64,000 nucleotides of DNA from the human T2T-CHM13v2.0 reference genome, Homo sapiens: the NCBI RefSeq assembly GCF_009914755.1, contig NC_060940.1; one strand, written 5' to 3'. Every line of letters begins with the position of its first letter. Positions within the stretch are counted from its first letter, which is position 1. Below, in pieces: positions 16,747 through 36,457 of this stretch. The notes beneath the pieces are model-generated. The model had not been told where the DNA came from and made no database searches. It saw only the letters and a program-made list of their open reading frames with translations. The position numbers and the translations under genes are program-made.

Positions 16747-18628
16747 CTGAGCATCATATCAGGGCTAGGCATGGTGGCTCATGCCTGTAATCACAGACCT
16801 GTTGATGGATCACGAAGAATATGATGGGCAGCAGATGATATGATATGCCAGCTTTGGAATCGCACAGACCTGGGCTTTAATCCTAGCTTTGCCAATTATT
16901 GGACAAGCAAAAGCTTAATTTTATTTAGGTGATGATAAACCACACAAATATTCCACTAAAGCAAAGCAGGATGTATGATCATCTATTACCACCTTATATC
17001 ATTTAATCCAGACTTCAAATTGTCCATGGTCACTCTGCTACCACTTTAGCGATGGGAAGTACAAGGAGGAAAAATCAGAGAGAAAAGAGAGAGCAGTCTC
17101 TTCAATTATAAATAAAATATGTCTGCAAATTGTAAAACATTGGACCATGTGGACATATTGCTAGAGCTGTCTCAAATGAGAGACCTTGAAAGTTAAGTCT
17201 TATTGGTTTCATGGTCACTCAGCTTTGAGGATGAGGAAAGGAGAAGAACAAGGACTTCTGCCTTGAGTCACTTTTCCTTAATGAGGGCAGCAGAAACCCT
17301 GGAAGCATTTCAGAAGATAGTACCTGTCAGGCTTCCTGGCCCCTCATTGACTCTCAGTTTTATACCCACACACACACCCACACTCACTCCTGTGGATTTT
17401 CTTAGCTCTAAACCAGTAAGGAGAAAATCTTAATGAATGGTATTCTGTACACTAATGCACACAGAGAAGGTCCACTTTAAACCTGATCTTGATAAAATTG
17501 TGGTTTATCATTTCTCTTAACTCTTTATGGAGTTACTGAGCTAAGATGTACTCATCTTTGTGCTGAGTGATTTGGGGTTCACAGACACGATGACCAGAGG
17601 GATCATCAGGTCTTTAAGGCAAGAAGAACCTAGAGACTCGTAAGACAACTCTCTCATTTCACAGATGAAGATACTAATACCCCCAAGAAATTTATAATCT
17701 TATATGAGAGGATTAAAAAAAACTTGAAATAATTAAATAGTAATCTACAATGTCACAGGATGAAGTTCTCCATTTTATATGGGTTATATGTGCTCTAGGA
17801 GTCCAACGAGGCATCCATTGCAGTAGCCATCAATGGAGAGAGATAAGAGCCTTGACATTTACTGAGGGTATAAAGTGTGTAAGCGGTTTTATCCGTGTGA
17901 TCTTGGGTCTAATATTTGCCCAGGGGATTAAAGAATAAGACAGAAGTATCTGACAGAACTTGGGAAGTTTAAGAAAATGCTCAAATGTAGAAAACTATGG
18001 CTTGTCTGGAAGATGGTGGTGGAGAATTGGGATGAACATTTGGATAGAAAAGAAACAAATGTATGAGAATGAGACAGTCATGAGTATGAACCAGGATCCC
18101 CAGCAAAGGTTAGCAATCACTGGTTTGGCAGTTAAAATTTGTATTTTAGAAAGAATAGCTCAGCAATTACTGCAGTCACAGATAATTTCATAGCTGCCCT
18201 TGTCCCCAAGAGAGCTTAAACCTTCAAGATCACAAAAACAGATCAATTTAGCTATTAATATACATTAAACTAATGCATTAATTGCATAAAATGACTTTAC
18301 ATACAAAATTTAAATGGTTTTACTATAATTAGTGGGCAGAAAGGTCCACTGAGCACCTATTGTCACTCAAATTTAAATCTTCACATAAAATTCTGTTAAG
18401 ATGGTTCAAAAATGTAACCATGGCTTGTCATCAGTTACCTGCATTAATATTGTCATGCACATTTTAAGAACAAATATTGCCATGTCTTAAGAATTATTAG
18501 TGATCCCTTTAGACTGTGAGCACTCTGGTAGCAGACACTAGCATGCTGATTTATTATGCCATTTCTCTCTCAAAAGACAAAAACAAAAAAACAAAACAAA
18601 AAAAAACCTCCAAACCTTTAAAACCAAA

Positions 18629-18680
18629 CTCTCTCTCTCTCTAACACACACACACACACACGCACGCACACACATACACA
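18629..18680. repeat. (CT)n(CA)n microsatellite
   Basis: direct reading. Confidence 0.9.
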
Positions 18681-20720
18681 TATGTTTTCATTGTATATAA
18701 TCTGTTGTAGCACACTGTTAATATATGTTTTCCTCCTACTCTAAGGGCTATCCCTGTGCTCGCAGCCAATGTGAGCTAGCCCATATTTTTCTCTGTTTGA
18801 CCTTCTGGGACCATGAGTGGTGCAATGCTCTTGGCTTATGAGTGCTCTACTACTCTGTACAGAGGATGTGGTTTTCTAGCTGCTGTTGTTAAGAGCTATT
18901 TACTACACAGTGACCTTTCTTTCTGCAGTTTATTTTGTGTTCTAGTGAACATTTTTGACCCATAAAGGCTGGTAAAATTGTGCAAATGATAGACGTAAAC
19001 TTGCCCCAAAGGAACAAAGGATTCTGTCATGCACATTTGGTAGAGTGTCATGACCGACAGAAATTAGGGATTAATGGAAATCCTTATGGAGGTCATAAAC
19101 ATCACCGCAGCCTAAAGGAATCAGGCCACTGTTTGGACAGGGACCTGGAGAAATTGATGGCAAGAGGCATGACATGATTCCTGGGAACCTGGAGGGTCTT
19201 TGCTAATGGCCCACCCCAGGAATGCATCTTGGGGCGGGGGTACATATGTAGCGTGGTGAAAGTGGGGCTAGGGCTGGAGCTGGCGCTGACTTTGGAAGAA
19301 GTACTGAGGCTATGGGGACAAGCTTGGCACAGCCCAGTGCACATTCTAACCTCTCCTACTCAATCTTTATAAAGAAGGAAACCTGTCCCTCCAAGAGTCC
19401 TGTAATGAGAGTGTTGATAGACTAGAATTGAGTGACAACAGTCCCCCCCAACCCCAATAAGAAGAGCTGAGAGAGATGATTTTACAGTATTTCCTCTCAT
19501 CAAAGTAACGCAGGCTTGACTCTCGCTTCCTGACACAGAAAATTGCATTTTGTCACCCATTTGTCAGTTCTTACAGATTTTAAGATAATTAAAGAACATT
19601 ATAGCAGGTGACAGCTGTTGCCGAATGCCGTGTTGCTAGTTCTTCTGCTCGTTGGATGCCCATGAATCTCGAATGATGATAGCTTGGTGCTCCAGGTTTA
19701 ATTAGCTGGTTGTTTGGAATCTGTCTAGGCTCTCAGGTGTGGGGTGAGCAGGCTTGCAGTTTGTCGAATCTGAGCTGTGCTCATCACTGGCTGTTGGAAC
19801 TGGGTTTGATCAGCTCACGGAAGAGCCAGCTGGGGGTGCCCTGAGTGTTATCAGACAAGGGCATCAAAGGAATGAGGAATGCAGGGTTTTGGTGATGGCT
19901 ATTAAGAGAATCCCACGCTGATTGGTTTCCTGATGTTCTTGCATCAAATCAGGCTTTTGTTTTCAAATTTATTTTCTGATCACATCTCCTTCGAGGCCAT
20001 CTCTTTTGTTATACAGCACAGCGATCATACTCCATCGGGATTTATCTCCAAGTTCGTTTGTCAAAAACTCCCTCACATGCAGGGGGAGAACTAAGTGGTC
20101 TCGACCCTGGCTTTTAAGTTCGCCCTCACCCCCAAATCATACATGTTTTCAAGCTTGTCTGAAAACACAAAAGTGGTTTCAGGAATAATTTTTAAAATTG
20201 TCCTTAACTTACACAAAAAGTTCATTTCTAACAATATACCGTGAATCATTACGAGTGATACAGTAGAAGTACATCCGTTTCTATTTTAGAACTGCAGGGA
20301 AAGTCTTGTGCTTATAGAAACAACTTACAGTCCCTCAGATCACATGCATTCTTTCAGCCTTTGCTTTCACACCATTCTGCCTTGAAATTTTTCTTACTTT
20401 TGTACACCAGACAAATTCATGCTCATTTCAAATTTTTAAAAAAATTATTTTTGTTTTTTTGTGGGTATATAGTAGGTGTGCATATTTATGGGGTACATGA
20501 GATGTTTTGATACAAGCATGCAGTGTGAAATAAGGTATTGGCACACAGGCCACCTTTTTGAAACCTTCTTAGATTCCACCTCGTGGATCTAGGCCCTTTT
20601 CTGTTCGCTTCTGCTTCCTGTGCTCTTTGCGTGCAAGTTTCTCTATACAGAATCAAAGCCATTGATATAGCATATGGTCTACATTCACTTGACTTGATTA
20701 TTTCATTGTCTTCAACACAA

Positions 20721-21985
<1,265 letters not shown>

Positions 21986-22129
21986 TCATTGTCTTCAACA
22001 CAACTTTACTATTTCATGAGACTCTTTTTGAGGAAGATACAAGTTGTAAATAATTTTATTTTTTATTCCAAGGATTTACAGAGTCCTATCAACTTAATAG
22101 AGTGCATCAGTGAACAGTTTACAAAGGAC

Positions 22130-22712
<583 letters not shown>

Positions 22713-23342
22713 CCATGACAGCCCATGCTACTTTGTCTTTTACTTGATTGTGTCTCTCTTCCCTGTTTACCATGAACTCTTGAGGATAAGAATTATGTCT
22801 TTACCCTCCTGCCTATCCTGGGGTCTTATGTGTAACAAAGAGCCTAAGAAATAAATATGCATCTCTTGGAAAATGGAATTAGTGAGATGGAGAGGAAGCT
22901 AATGTCTTGATACATAGAGAAAGCATACTGCTTGACCACATTCAAACTTGTTCAGTGCTTTTCCGAGTCCTTTTCAGCCTGAGTTTTAACAATCTTTATG
23001 TTTAGCCCCAATCCATCCATCTAACTGTATTTCCAACACATTCTCCCCTCCTGTAAACCAATCTTCCTTATTGGGCCATGCACTTATGCACCTACAGGTA
23101 TCCACGTATTCTGTTTCATGTGCCAGGAATGTCTGATGCTAAACTTTGTGCAAAATTTAAGATCAAATTAATTCTAAATTCTCTAGGTAGTCCTCAATTT
23201 CTCTACTACATTCGATTCTGTTTTTACTTTTAACTTTTATAGTATTGTTGTGGCCAGAACCTCATTTTTTTTTTTGGCACTGTTCTCATATAACTGATAT
23301 TTATTCAGTTAATTTTGATATTGAATTCAGGTGCAAGATCCT

Positions 23343-24634
<1,292 letters not shown>

Positions 24635-25513
24635 ATCCTCTACTCATCATTCAGTAATTTACTCAACTAATGTTTATAGAAACCCACTATGGCAATCTAC
24701 TTGATAATACAAGGGATGCAGCAATGATTAAGACAGCATGATCTTGTACATTTTTAGTTTTTTTTTTTTTTTAAGTATCCACAAGTTCCTTAGCACATGG
24801 CCAAGTAAAACATCAATGCTCAGCCAACTCTTTTGGTTATTTGGTTCTTCCTCCAGACCTTCTTCACATTCATCAAAGCTTTCATGTAACCACAGGGAGG
24901 CTGGCTTGTTATTTTGTGCCCAGTTTTATTGAATATTCTATCAACCTTGCTAAAAAGAAACTTACCGTAGAGAAACTTAACATCAGTTACCATAGTTGCT
25001 GAAAATTTTGATTATCTGGAGTAAGAAATGGTAAACAAAAAGTGAGATTAAATTGACCTAAAATACATAAGATGGTATAGGACTTTGAATGTTGGCTGGT
25101 GAGGGGTGGAGAGAGAAGCAGGAAAGTGCAGGGGCTAGTTAGTAGAACAAGCAAAGGCCAAGTTGGCTTCAAATAAAGTGGCTAAGTGTCCACAACATTG
25201 TCCATAAGGAAAGGGCTGAAGAAAGCAGTTTCCTAGCCAACTATGCCATTGCATGGGGCTGCTTTGTGGGGATCTTTAGGTAGTGAAAATATTCGTCATC
25301 AATGGATGGTTCAGAGTTCCCAAGGTTATGTCTTCTTTGAAATTGTGTCTGATGTTACAGGTGCACATACTGGCCTCTGGGAAAAGGGGACGTCAAGGGC
25401 GGGAGGAGGAGCTGGCTAGGTTCATTGTTGGAAATCTATCCACATGAGAGCAAGTTCAAGGAGGACCCTAGACCCTGTAGGGAAGACAGAATATCATCAG
25501 GAAAAGAAAGAAT

Positions 25514-25644
25514 AGTTGCATTCTTTTTTTTTTTTATTATACTTTTAGTTTTAGGGTACATGTGCTAATATCCAGAATCTACAAAGAACTCAAACAAATT
25601 TACAAGAAAAAAACAAACAACCCCATCAACAAGTTGCATTCTTT
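25514..25644 (-). mobile_element. ~105-bp L1PA insertion with 5' inversion (twin priming)
   Basis: poly-T + L1 3' terminus (minus) joined to a plus-strand ORF2 fragment; TSD AGTTGCATTCTTT. Confidence 0.9.
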
Positions 25645-28600
25645 AGGAGTCAATTTGAAGGGAAAATGCTAAATAAGCATGCCATACCCAACACTTTCTT
25701 GGACTGGGGAAGCAAGACTATTGGCAACCACGCAGACATGGTGCTGGTGCATTTATTACCACATATATAGATAGGTTTGGCAGAATCGGCTCCACCTTTG
25801 AGTGGGGTAGAGGTAGAGTTGCAGGTCAAAGGCTTTTTCATACCCAGAGGAACGCTGAAAGTAATAGGAGAAACCGGGACCAGCAGGCATTGACATTGTA
25901 ACAGTTTAGTCCTTTTCCATTTTTTCTCTTTTGACACGACTAGAATAGTTTACATTATTTTGTCTTTCTTCTTCTCATGCGGAAGGTAGGGAAATTACTT
26001 AGCTGTGAAATGACTCATGCAGAAACAAAGATCAAATATGAAGGGAAAGCAAGGAAAATAAATATAAATGTATTGGATAGCCAACTCCTGAATATTGAAG
26101 GCAAAAAAACAAAACAAAACAAAAAATCCACAAAAAACCCATGGGCATTATTTTGAGAATGAAATAGTGTGCTGATGGAAGATCAGGTGGTTTCACCAGA
26201 ATTTGGATTAGTGTTCATGTGAGTGAACCCTTCTTCCAACTTACAAATAATTTAAGAAAAGATAATACACAACGAAGATCAATATGCAGTCATTGAAGCA
26301 GAAATTATTGGAATAGTGCAAATTGGAGCATTCAGAAGAAAAACTGTATTACAATTCCTCTTTCATTGTATATGAACCTATTAAAACAATTTGCAACTTT
26401 CATTTACCAGAATAACACTCCCTCCCATAAACAAGTATTGGCACCAACTCAATCACATTCGCTATATTCTGAGTAGTGTTAATTTATTTTTTTCTTACAT
26501 CACTGATTGCCACAGTATATTCACTTTGATTTTAAAAACCCAGAACACAACTTAATTTTAACAAATAATGTAATTTAAAAGAACTATTTATTGAGTCCTA
26601 TACTAAATTGTATTTTTTCCCATAGAGTATTGCCATAGAGTATTGAATTTTCAAACTTTGTTCCTATTACTTCCAGCTTTTTTTTTTTTTCCCACTAGGA
26701 CTTTTCCATCCTTTTATCTGAAAGAAACAATCCCTTCTCAGTTTTCTTATTAAAAATATTTTACCTATAACTGATCAGAGCGCAGTCATCCTAAAAGCAG
26801 ATTTATTCAGAAGACAGATAATAATCCAGTTGCTGAGAAACTAAATGGATAAATTAGTTCTTAATTCTGATATACTCTGCTTTAACACACATTGGCCATG
26901 TCTGAAATTTTTTTCTGAAGGTCATTTATATTGTCCATATCTGCACTTTCTGTTTTCTCTTACGGGAGTCAGGCTCTGATGAGGTAAAATATAAGGCATT
27001 CCCGGAGACATTATGCTCTGGTTACAAAGCAGAAGACTGGTCATTTCAAATCCTCCCTTCTACTTTTGGCAGATGGCTGTGGGATTGCAAAACTAGTAGG
27101 AGCTGTTTGTGACTCAGTTTTTCCAACTCTTAAAAAGGGAATAATGTATCAAAATCCATCTTGCACTTACAGAAATTTGTGGAGAATATGTGAAATAATT
27201 TGATAATTTCTATAAAAATGCTTTCTATGTTTTGTTGAAACTCTTCTATTTTAAAATTTCATACTATTCTCAGACAATAAAATGGTGAAATTAAAGTGGA
27301 CTTGATTACCAAGCTTATTTTTATAAGATAAAAAACCGCATATCTGACATTTACTATAGCTTTGAAAACAAAACTTTGTTCAAATGAATAATTTTCTGTG
27401 GAAAGCATGAAAAAGAGGCTTTTCGAAATGATAACTAAAATAATTATTACCTTTTTGAACTTATAACCACAGCATGACCATAGTATAAAATGAAAAAAAA
27501 AGGCAAAAGCCATAATCATTAATAACCCTTCCAATAATCAATCTAACAAGAATGTTACTGATGGAAAAAATTGGCTTAGAAAGTACATGCTTAGTATTTA
27601 GTAGTCTCAATATTACTGCCATTATTACAACAATAGAGCATGCATTAAATTGTAAATCAAGCATAGTGTATACTTACTTGGGGGAGAGGACATACTGTGA
27701 GTGATGCAAAATGATTCTTCTAACAGCCTTAGGTTATAACAATGAGCAGGCATTCCATAGAAGCTCAAAGCAGGAGGTGCATCCTAGCTTTCAGTTGTTA
27801 AGAGGATGACATGGGCTCTCTTTTGATTTGGCCAATGCTCTGGTATTTTAGAGTGTACAAGAAGAACATGCATGACTACTGGGTGAGTTTTAGAATGGCT
27901 TCATCCATTTGGAATGGGAATGCATTAGGTGATCTGAAAAAAAAATCTCTTCCAGTGTTGACATTCTATGATTCTAGTCTTTTTGGAAAGAAATTCATAG
28001 ATTTGATACTTGTACCTCAGGACCGTATACTCTATAGCAGACACAGAGGTACATATGTGGAGAGTTGTTCACCCGTAGAACTGGATACATTTTCATCAAC
28101 GCCTTGGTGATTATGTTGCTTTTGGTAATATCAGCAAGACTTGTTTTTATCATGACCTATTGCCACAGGACTGTGTGTACTATAAATGTTACTGCTGTTT
28201 TTACTGTGAGTATAACTCAGGGAGGAAAGACGTAGCAGCTTTGCCTCTGGTGGTGAGAGGCAGGAAAGGAGAGCCAGGGCATTGCCATGGTACAAATAAT
28301 AGCCATGCAATCCCTGATCACTCTTTCCTAGTCCTGATTAAACTGAATGCTGATGGGCTGACTAAGGTCCTTTCTAAACTTCCAGGACATCTGCTACCCC
28401 CAAATGTTAGTGGCTCATAAGCATTATGCAGTAATCAAAAGTAGAGAACTGAAACTCTTCTTAATTTTGTAACTGTGAAGAGCAAGCACATTTTATCTTT
28501 TAGTTTTGTACCTCCAACCTCTAAAAATCATTAAATGCTTCCTTGGAAGGGGTATTGTTTCACTTACCACCATTATTAGAATAAAAAGTGTGGAGTAATT

Positions 28601-28714
28601 TATCAATAGATCAGGGTCAAGAAATTTTTAAAATTCTACTCTTTACCTCATGAAGCCGCTAGCACTGCAGATGGGCATGGTGGAAGGAGAGTGATTTTAA
28701 AGGAAGGCAGATGT

Positions 28715-28820
28715 TGTTCAAACTCTGTGCCTGCCACTTAATAAATGAGGGACCTTAATAGAGTTAATTAGCCTTCCGAGTCTCAGTTTCATCATCTATA
28801 AAATAAAGATACTGAAACAA
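28715..28820 (+). mobile_element. MIR fragment
   Basis: GAGTCTCAGTTTCATCATCTATAAAAT core. Confidence 0.65.
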
Positions 28821-28824
28821 TTTA

Positions 28825-29432
28825 TAGTGGTTGTTGTACTGGACACATAGGCAGCAGGAAACAAATGGTGGAGAATGTCGCATTTGTTGTAGGGGTTTGA
28901 CTATAGACAATGGAGGGATCTTGTTAAAGAGTTTATGCACAGTTACTGCATCTGTGTTGGCTGCTGCAGCTTGCAGTCAGCTTGGTCAGGAAGAAGGATG
29001 GAAGAAGATGGATGAGAAGAAAGATGGACAAGAAGTAGGAGAGAGTGAGTACAGATTAGAACCTGCAAGGAAGGGCTGGAGTTCTCAAGGATGAAATGGA
29101 ACTCAGGTGAGGCTCATAGCCTCCAGGCCTCCCACTTTGATGAGGTGGATGATCCAGCAGTATTTGGAGGAGCTAAAGCCTGGGTGTTGCTTCACGCCAA
29201 GGTGAGTCAGCAGATTAGAATGAGCATGAGCTGCAGGAGTGCTGGGAACAGCGCCCGCAGCCCTGCTCCAGCCTTGCGAATAGCAGGAGAATATGGCATC
29301 CATTTCACTTCCACCTTCCACGTCTCACGTTAAATGTCCCTGGTGGCCCAAGTGAATCTAGAACTGTCCAGGGAAAGGGGATTCTGGTTAACAGTCCCAG
29401 TGAGCTAAGTTAACACAGAACAAAGCCACCAT
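28825..29432. mobile_element. Old ERVL/MaLR-class LTR (family uncertain)
   Basis: terminal GGGAAAGGGGATTCTGG..AGCTAAGTTAACACA..CCACCA motif. Confidence 0.45.
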
Positions 29433-29590
29433 AGGGTAAAGTACCTATTGATATTAAGAATTCCTTCCACCCTTCTTTTCTCTTAATCATCCAGCCTGTT
29501 CTCACACCTTGCATGCAGTTGCCATTCGAATTCCTCCTGGTATTCAAGCACACACAGTGAAATTCTCTCTTCCTCAACATATCTCTATAT

Positions 29591-29800
29591 CAGCAGTTCT
29601 CAACCAAGGTGGCTTTGCCCCTCAGGGGACAGTTGGCAGTGTCTGGAGACATTTGGGGTTGTCATGACAAGGGAGAGAACACTACTGTCATCTAGTGGGT
29701 AAAGGTCAGAGATGCTAAATGTCCTGTGATGCACGGTACAGCCTATAACAAAGAATTATCCAGCTCAAAATGTCAGTGATCCTAAGACTGAGAAACCCTG
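29591..29800 (+). mobile_element. MER20 (hAT-Charlie)
   Basis: CAGCAGTTCTCAACC..GGGGACA.TTGGCA.TGTCTGGAGACATTT..TGAGAAACCCTG. Confidence 0.88.
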
Positions 29801-30511
29801 TTGTGTCGTCACTTGCTCATTTATCTCCATGGTTTCTGGGGAAGAATCATTTGCTTCTTTCCTAAAGTCAGCTCCTTCACTTGTGCTTTTGCTCATTTCA
29901 CTTTGAACCCTTGTAGAAGCCCATTTGCTCGCTTCTCTCTCCATTTACCTCACAGACCAAACATATTAAAACGATCACATTTGCTTTCCCTTTAGATCTT
30001 TCAAAGTTCCATGCACTTGCTAGCTCTTTCTTTAATTACAAACTCTAATCGAAGGATCCATTGATTACTCGTTTCCTTCATACCCCTGGAGTCTGGTGCC
30101 TCAGCAAAAACTTCACAGCCAAAATTTTAGATTAGTGAGAAGCTTATTCTGAAAAAACTTGTGGATTTTTAAAAGGTAAAATTAATGGACTTTCCAGTCA
30201 AATTAATTTTATTTCTTATATACGTGCTTTTCAAATTCTCCTATCCCCTTCATGAAGTCATCATGTCAAATTTTTTTTTCTTTTTAATTTATTATTATTT
30301 TTTATTATTATACTTTAAGTTTTAGGGTACATGTGCACATTATGCAGGTTAGTTACATATGTACACATGTGCCATGCTGGTGCGCTGCACCGACTAACTC
30401 GTCATCTAGCATTAGGTATATCTCCCAATGCTATCCCTCCCCCCTCCCCCCACCCCACAACAGTCCCCAGAGTGTCATATTCCCCTTCCTGTGTCCATGT
30501 GATCTCATTGT

Positions 30512-34367
<3,856 letters not shown>

Positions 34368-34403
34368 TTAGTTGATGCAGTTTCTTCCTAGTCTCGATGG
34401 TCT

Positions 34404-35420
34404 TTACATTTTGGCATGATTTTGTAGTGGCTGGTAGCGGTTGTTCCTTTCCATGTTTAGCGCTTCCTTCAGGAGCTCTTTTAGGGCAGGCCTGGTGGTG
34501 ACAAAATCTCTCAGCATTTGCTTGTCTGTAAAGTATTTTATTTCTCCTTCACTTATGAAGCTTAGTTTGGCTGGATATGAAACTCTGGGTTGAAAATTCT
34601 TTTCTTTAAGAATGTTGAGTATTGGCCCCCACTGTCTTCTGGCTTGTAGGGTTTCTGCCGAGAGATCAGCTGTTAGTCTGATGGGCTTCCCTTTGAGGGT
34701 AACCCGACCTTTCTCTCTGGCTGCCCTTAACATTTTTTCCTTCATTTCAACTTTGGTGAATCTGACAATTATGTGTCTTGGAGTTGCTCTTCTCGAGGAG
34801 TATCTTTGTGGTGTTCTCTGTATTTCCTGAATCTGAACGTTGGCCTGCCTTGCTAGATTGGGGAAGTTCTCCTGGATAATATGCTGCAGAGTATTTTCCA
34901 ACTTGGTTCCATTCTCCCTGTGACCTTCAGGTACACCAATCAGACGTAGATTTGGTCTTTTCACATAGTCCCATATTTCTTGGAGGCTTTACTCATTTCT
35001 TTTTAGTCTTTTTTCTCTAAACTTCCCTTCTCGCTTCATTTCATTCATTTCATCTTCCATCGCTGATACCCTTTCTTCCAGTTGATCGCATCGGCTCCTG
35101 AGGCTTCTGCATTCTTCACGTAGTTCTCGAGCCTTGGTTTTCAGCTCCATCAGCTCCTTTAAGCACTTCTCTGTATTGGTTATTCTAGTTATACATTCTT
35201 CTAAATTTTTTTCAAAGTTTTCAACTTCTTTGCCTTTGGTTTGAATGTCCTCCCGTAGCTCAGAGTAATTTGATCCTCTGAAGCCTTCTTCTCTCAGCTC
35301 GTCAAAGTCATTCTCCATCCAGCTTTGTTCCGTTGCTGGTGAGGAACTGCGTTCCTTTGGAGGAGGAGAGGCGCTCTGCGTTTTAGAGTTTCCAGTTTTT
35401 CTGTTCTGTTTTTTCCCCAT
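34404..35420 (-). pseudogene. L1 ORF1 (338 codons) with a premature stop at codon 144
   Basis: MGKKQNRK..KRNE* (CAA>TAA at 34989-34991); frame continues to ..QPLQNHAKM; 1017 nt. Confidence 0.93.
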
Positions 35421-36326
35421 CTTTGTGGTTTTATCTACTTTTGGTGTTTGATGATGGTGATGTACAGATGGGTTTTCAGTGTGGATGTCCTTTCTGTTTG
35501 TTAGTTTTCCTTCTAACAGACAGGACCCTCAGCTGCAGGTCTGTTGGAATACCCTGCCGTGTGAGGTGTCAGTGTGCCCCTGCTGGGGGGTGCCTCCCAG
35601 TTAGGCTGCTCGGGGGTCAGGGGTCAGGGACCCACTTGAGGAGGCAGTCTGCCGGTTCTCAGATCTCCAGCTGCGTGCTGGGAGAACCACTGCTCTCTTC
35701 AAAGCTGTCAGACAGGGACATTTAAGTCTGCAGAGGTTACTGCTGTCTTTTTGTTTGTCTGTGCCCTGCCCCCAGAGGTGGAGCCTACAGAGGCAGGCAG
35801 GCCTCCTGGACCTGTGGTGGGCTCCACCCAGTTGGAGCTTCCGGGCTGCTTTGTTTACCTAAGCAAGCCTGGGCAATGGCAGGCGCCCCTCCCCCAGCCT
35901 CGCTGCTGCCTTGCAGTTTGATCTCAGACTGCTGTGCTAGCAATCAGCGAGATTCCGTGGGTGTAGGACCCTCCGAGCCAGGTGTGGGATATAATCTCGT
36001 GGTGCGCCGTTTTTTAAGCCGGTCTGAAAAGCGCAATATTCGGGTGGGAGTGACCCGATTTTCCAGGTGCGTCCGTCACCCCTTTCTTTGACTCGGAAAG
36101 GGAACTCCCTGACCCCTTGCACTTCCCAAGTGAGGCAATGCCTCGCCCTGCTTCGGCTCGCGCACGGTGCGCGCACCCACTGGCCTGAGCCCACTGTCTG
36201 GCACTCCCTAGTGAGATGAACCCGGTACCTCAGATGGAAATGCAGAAATCACCCATCTTCTGCGTCGCTCACGCTGGGAGCTGTAGACCGGAGCTGTTCC
36301 TATTCGGCCATCTTGGCTCAAACTCC
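35421..36326 (-). promoter_or_regulatory. L1 5'UTR: internal sense promoter (YY1 site) and antisense promoter
   Basis: CAAGATGGCC YY1 motif at ~36306-36315 (minus); CpG-rich. Confidence 0.85.
35876..36091 (+). CDS. ORF0: LINE-1 ORF0, intact 71 aa
   Basis: MAGAPPPASLLPCSLISDCCASNQRDSVGVGPSEPGVG.. antisense within the L1 5'UTR; donors CAG|GTGTGG (35981) and CAG|GTGCGT (36066); expression not shown. Confidence 0.85.
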   Translation: MAGAPPPASLLPCSLISDCCASNQRDSVGVGPSEPGVGYNLVVRRFLSRSEKRNIRVGVTRFSRCVRHPFL

Positions 36327-36457
36327 GTCAAATTTTTATCCCTAATATTGTAACAAAACTTTTTTTAAAAATATCTCCCGTGACTTCCAGGTTGCTTGAT
36401 CCCTTGGTCATTTCTCACTCCTCTTCGTATTCACCTCCTCATCAGTATTTGGCATCT

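Noticed and set aside
26620-26645. 13-bp tandem duplication CCATAGAGTATTG x2
   Set aside because: An ordinary slippage-type micro-duplication.
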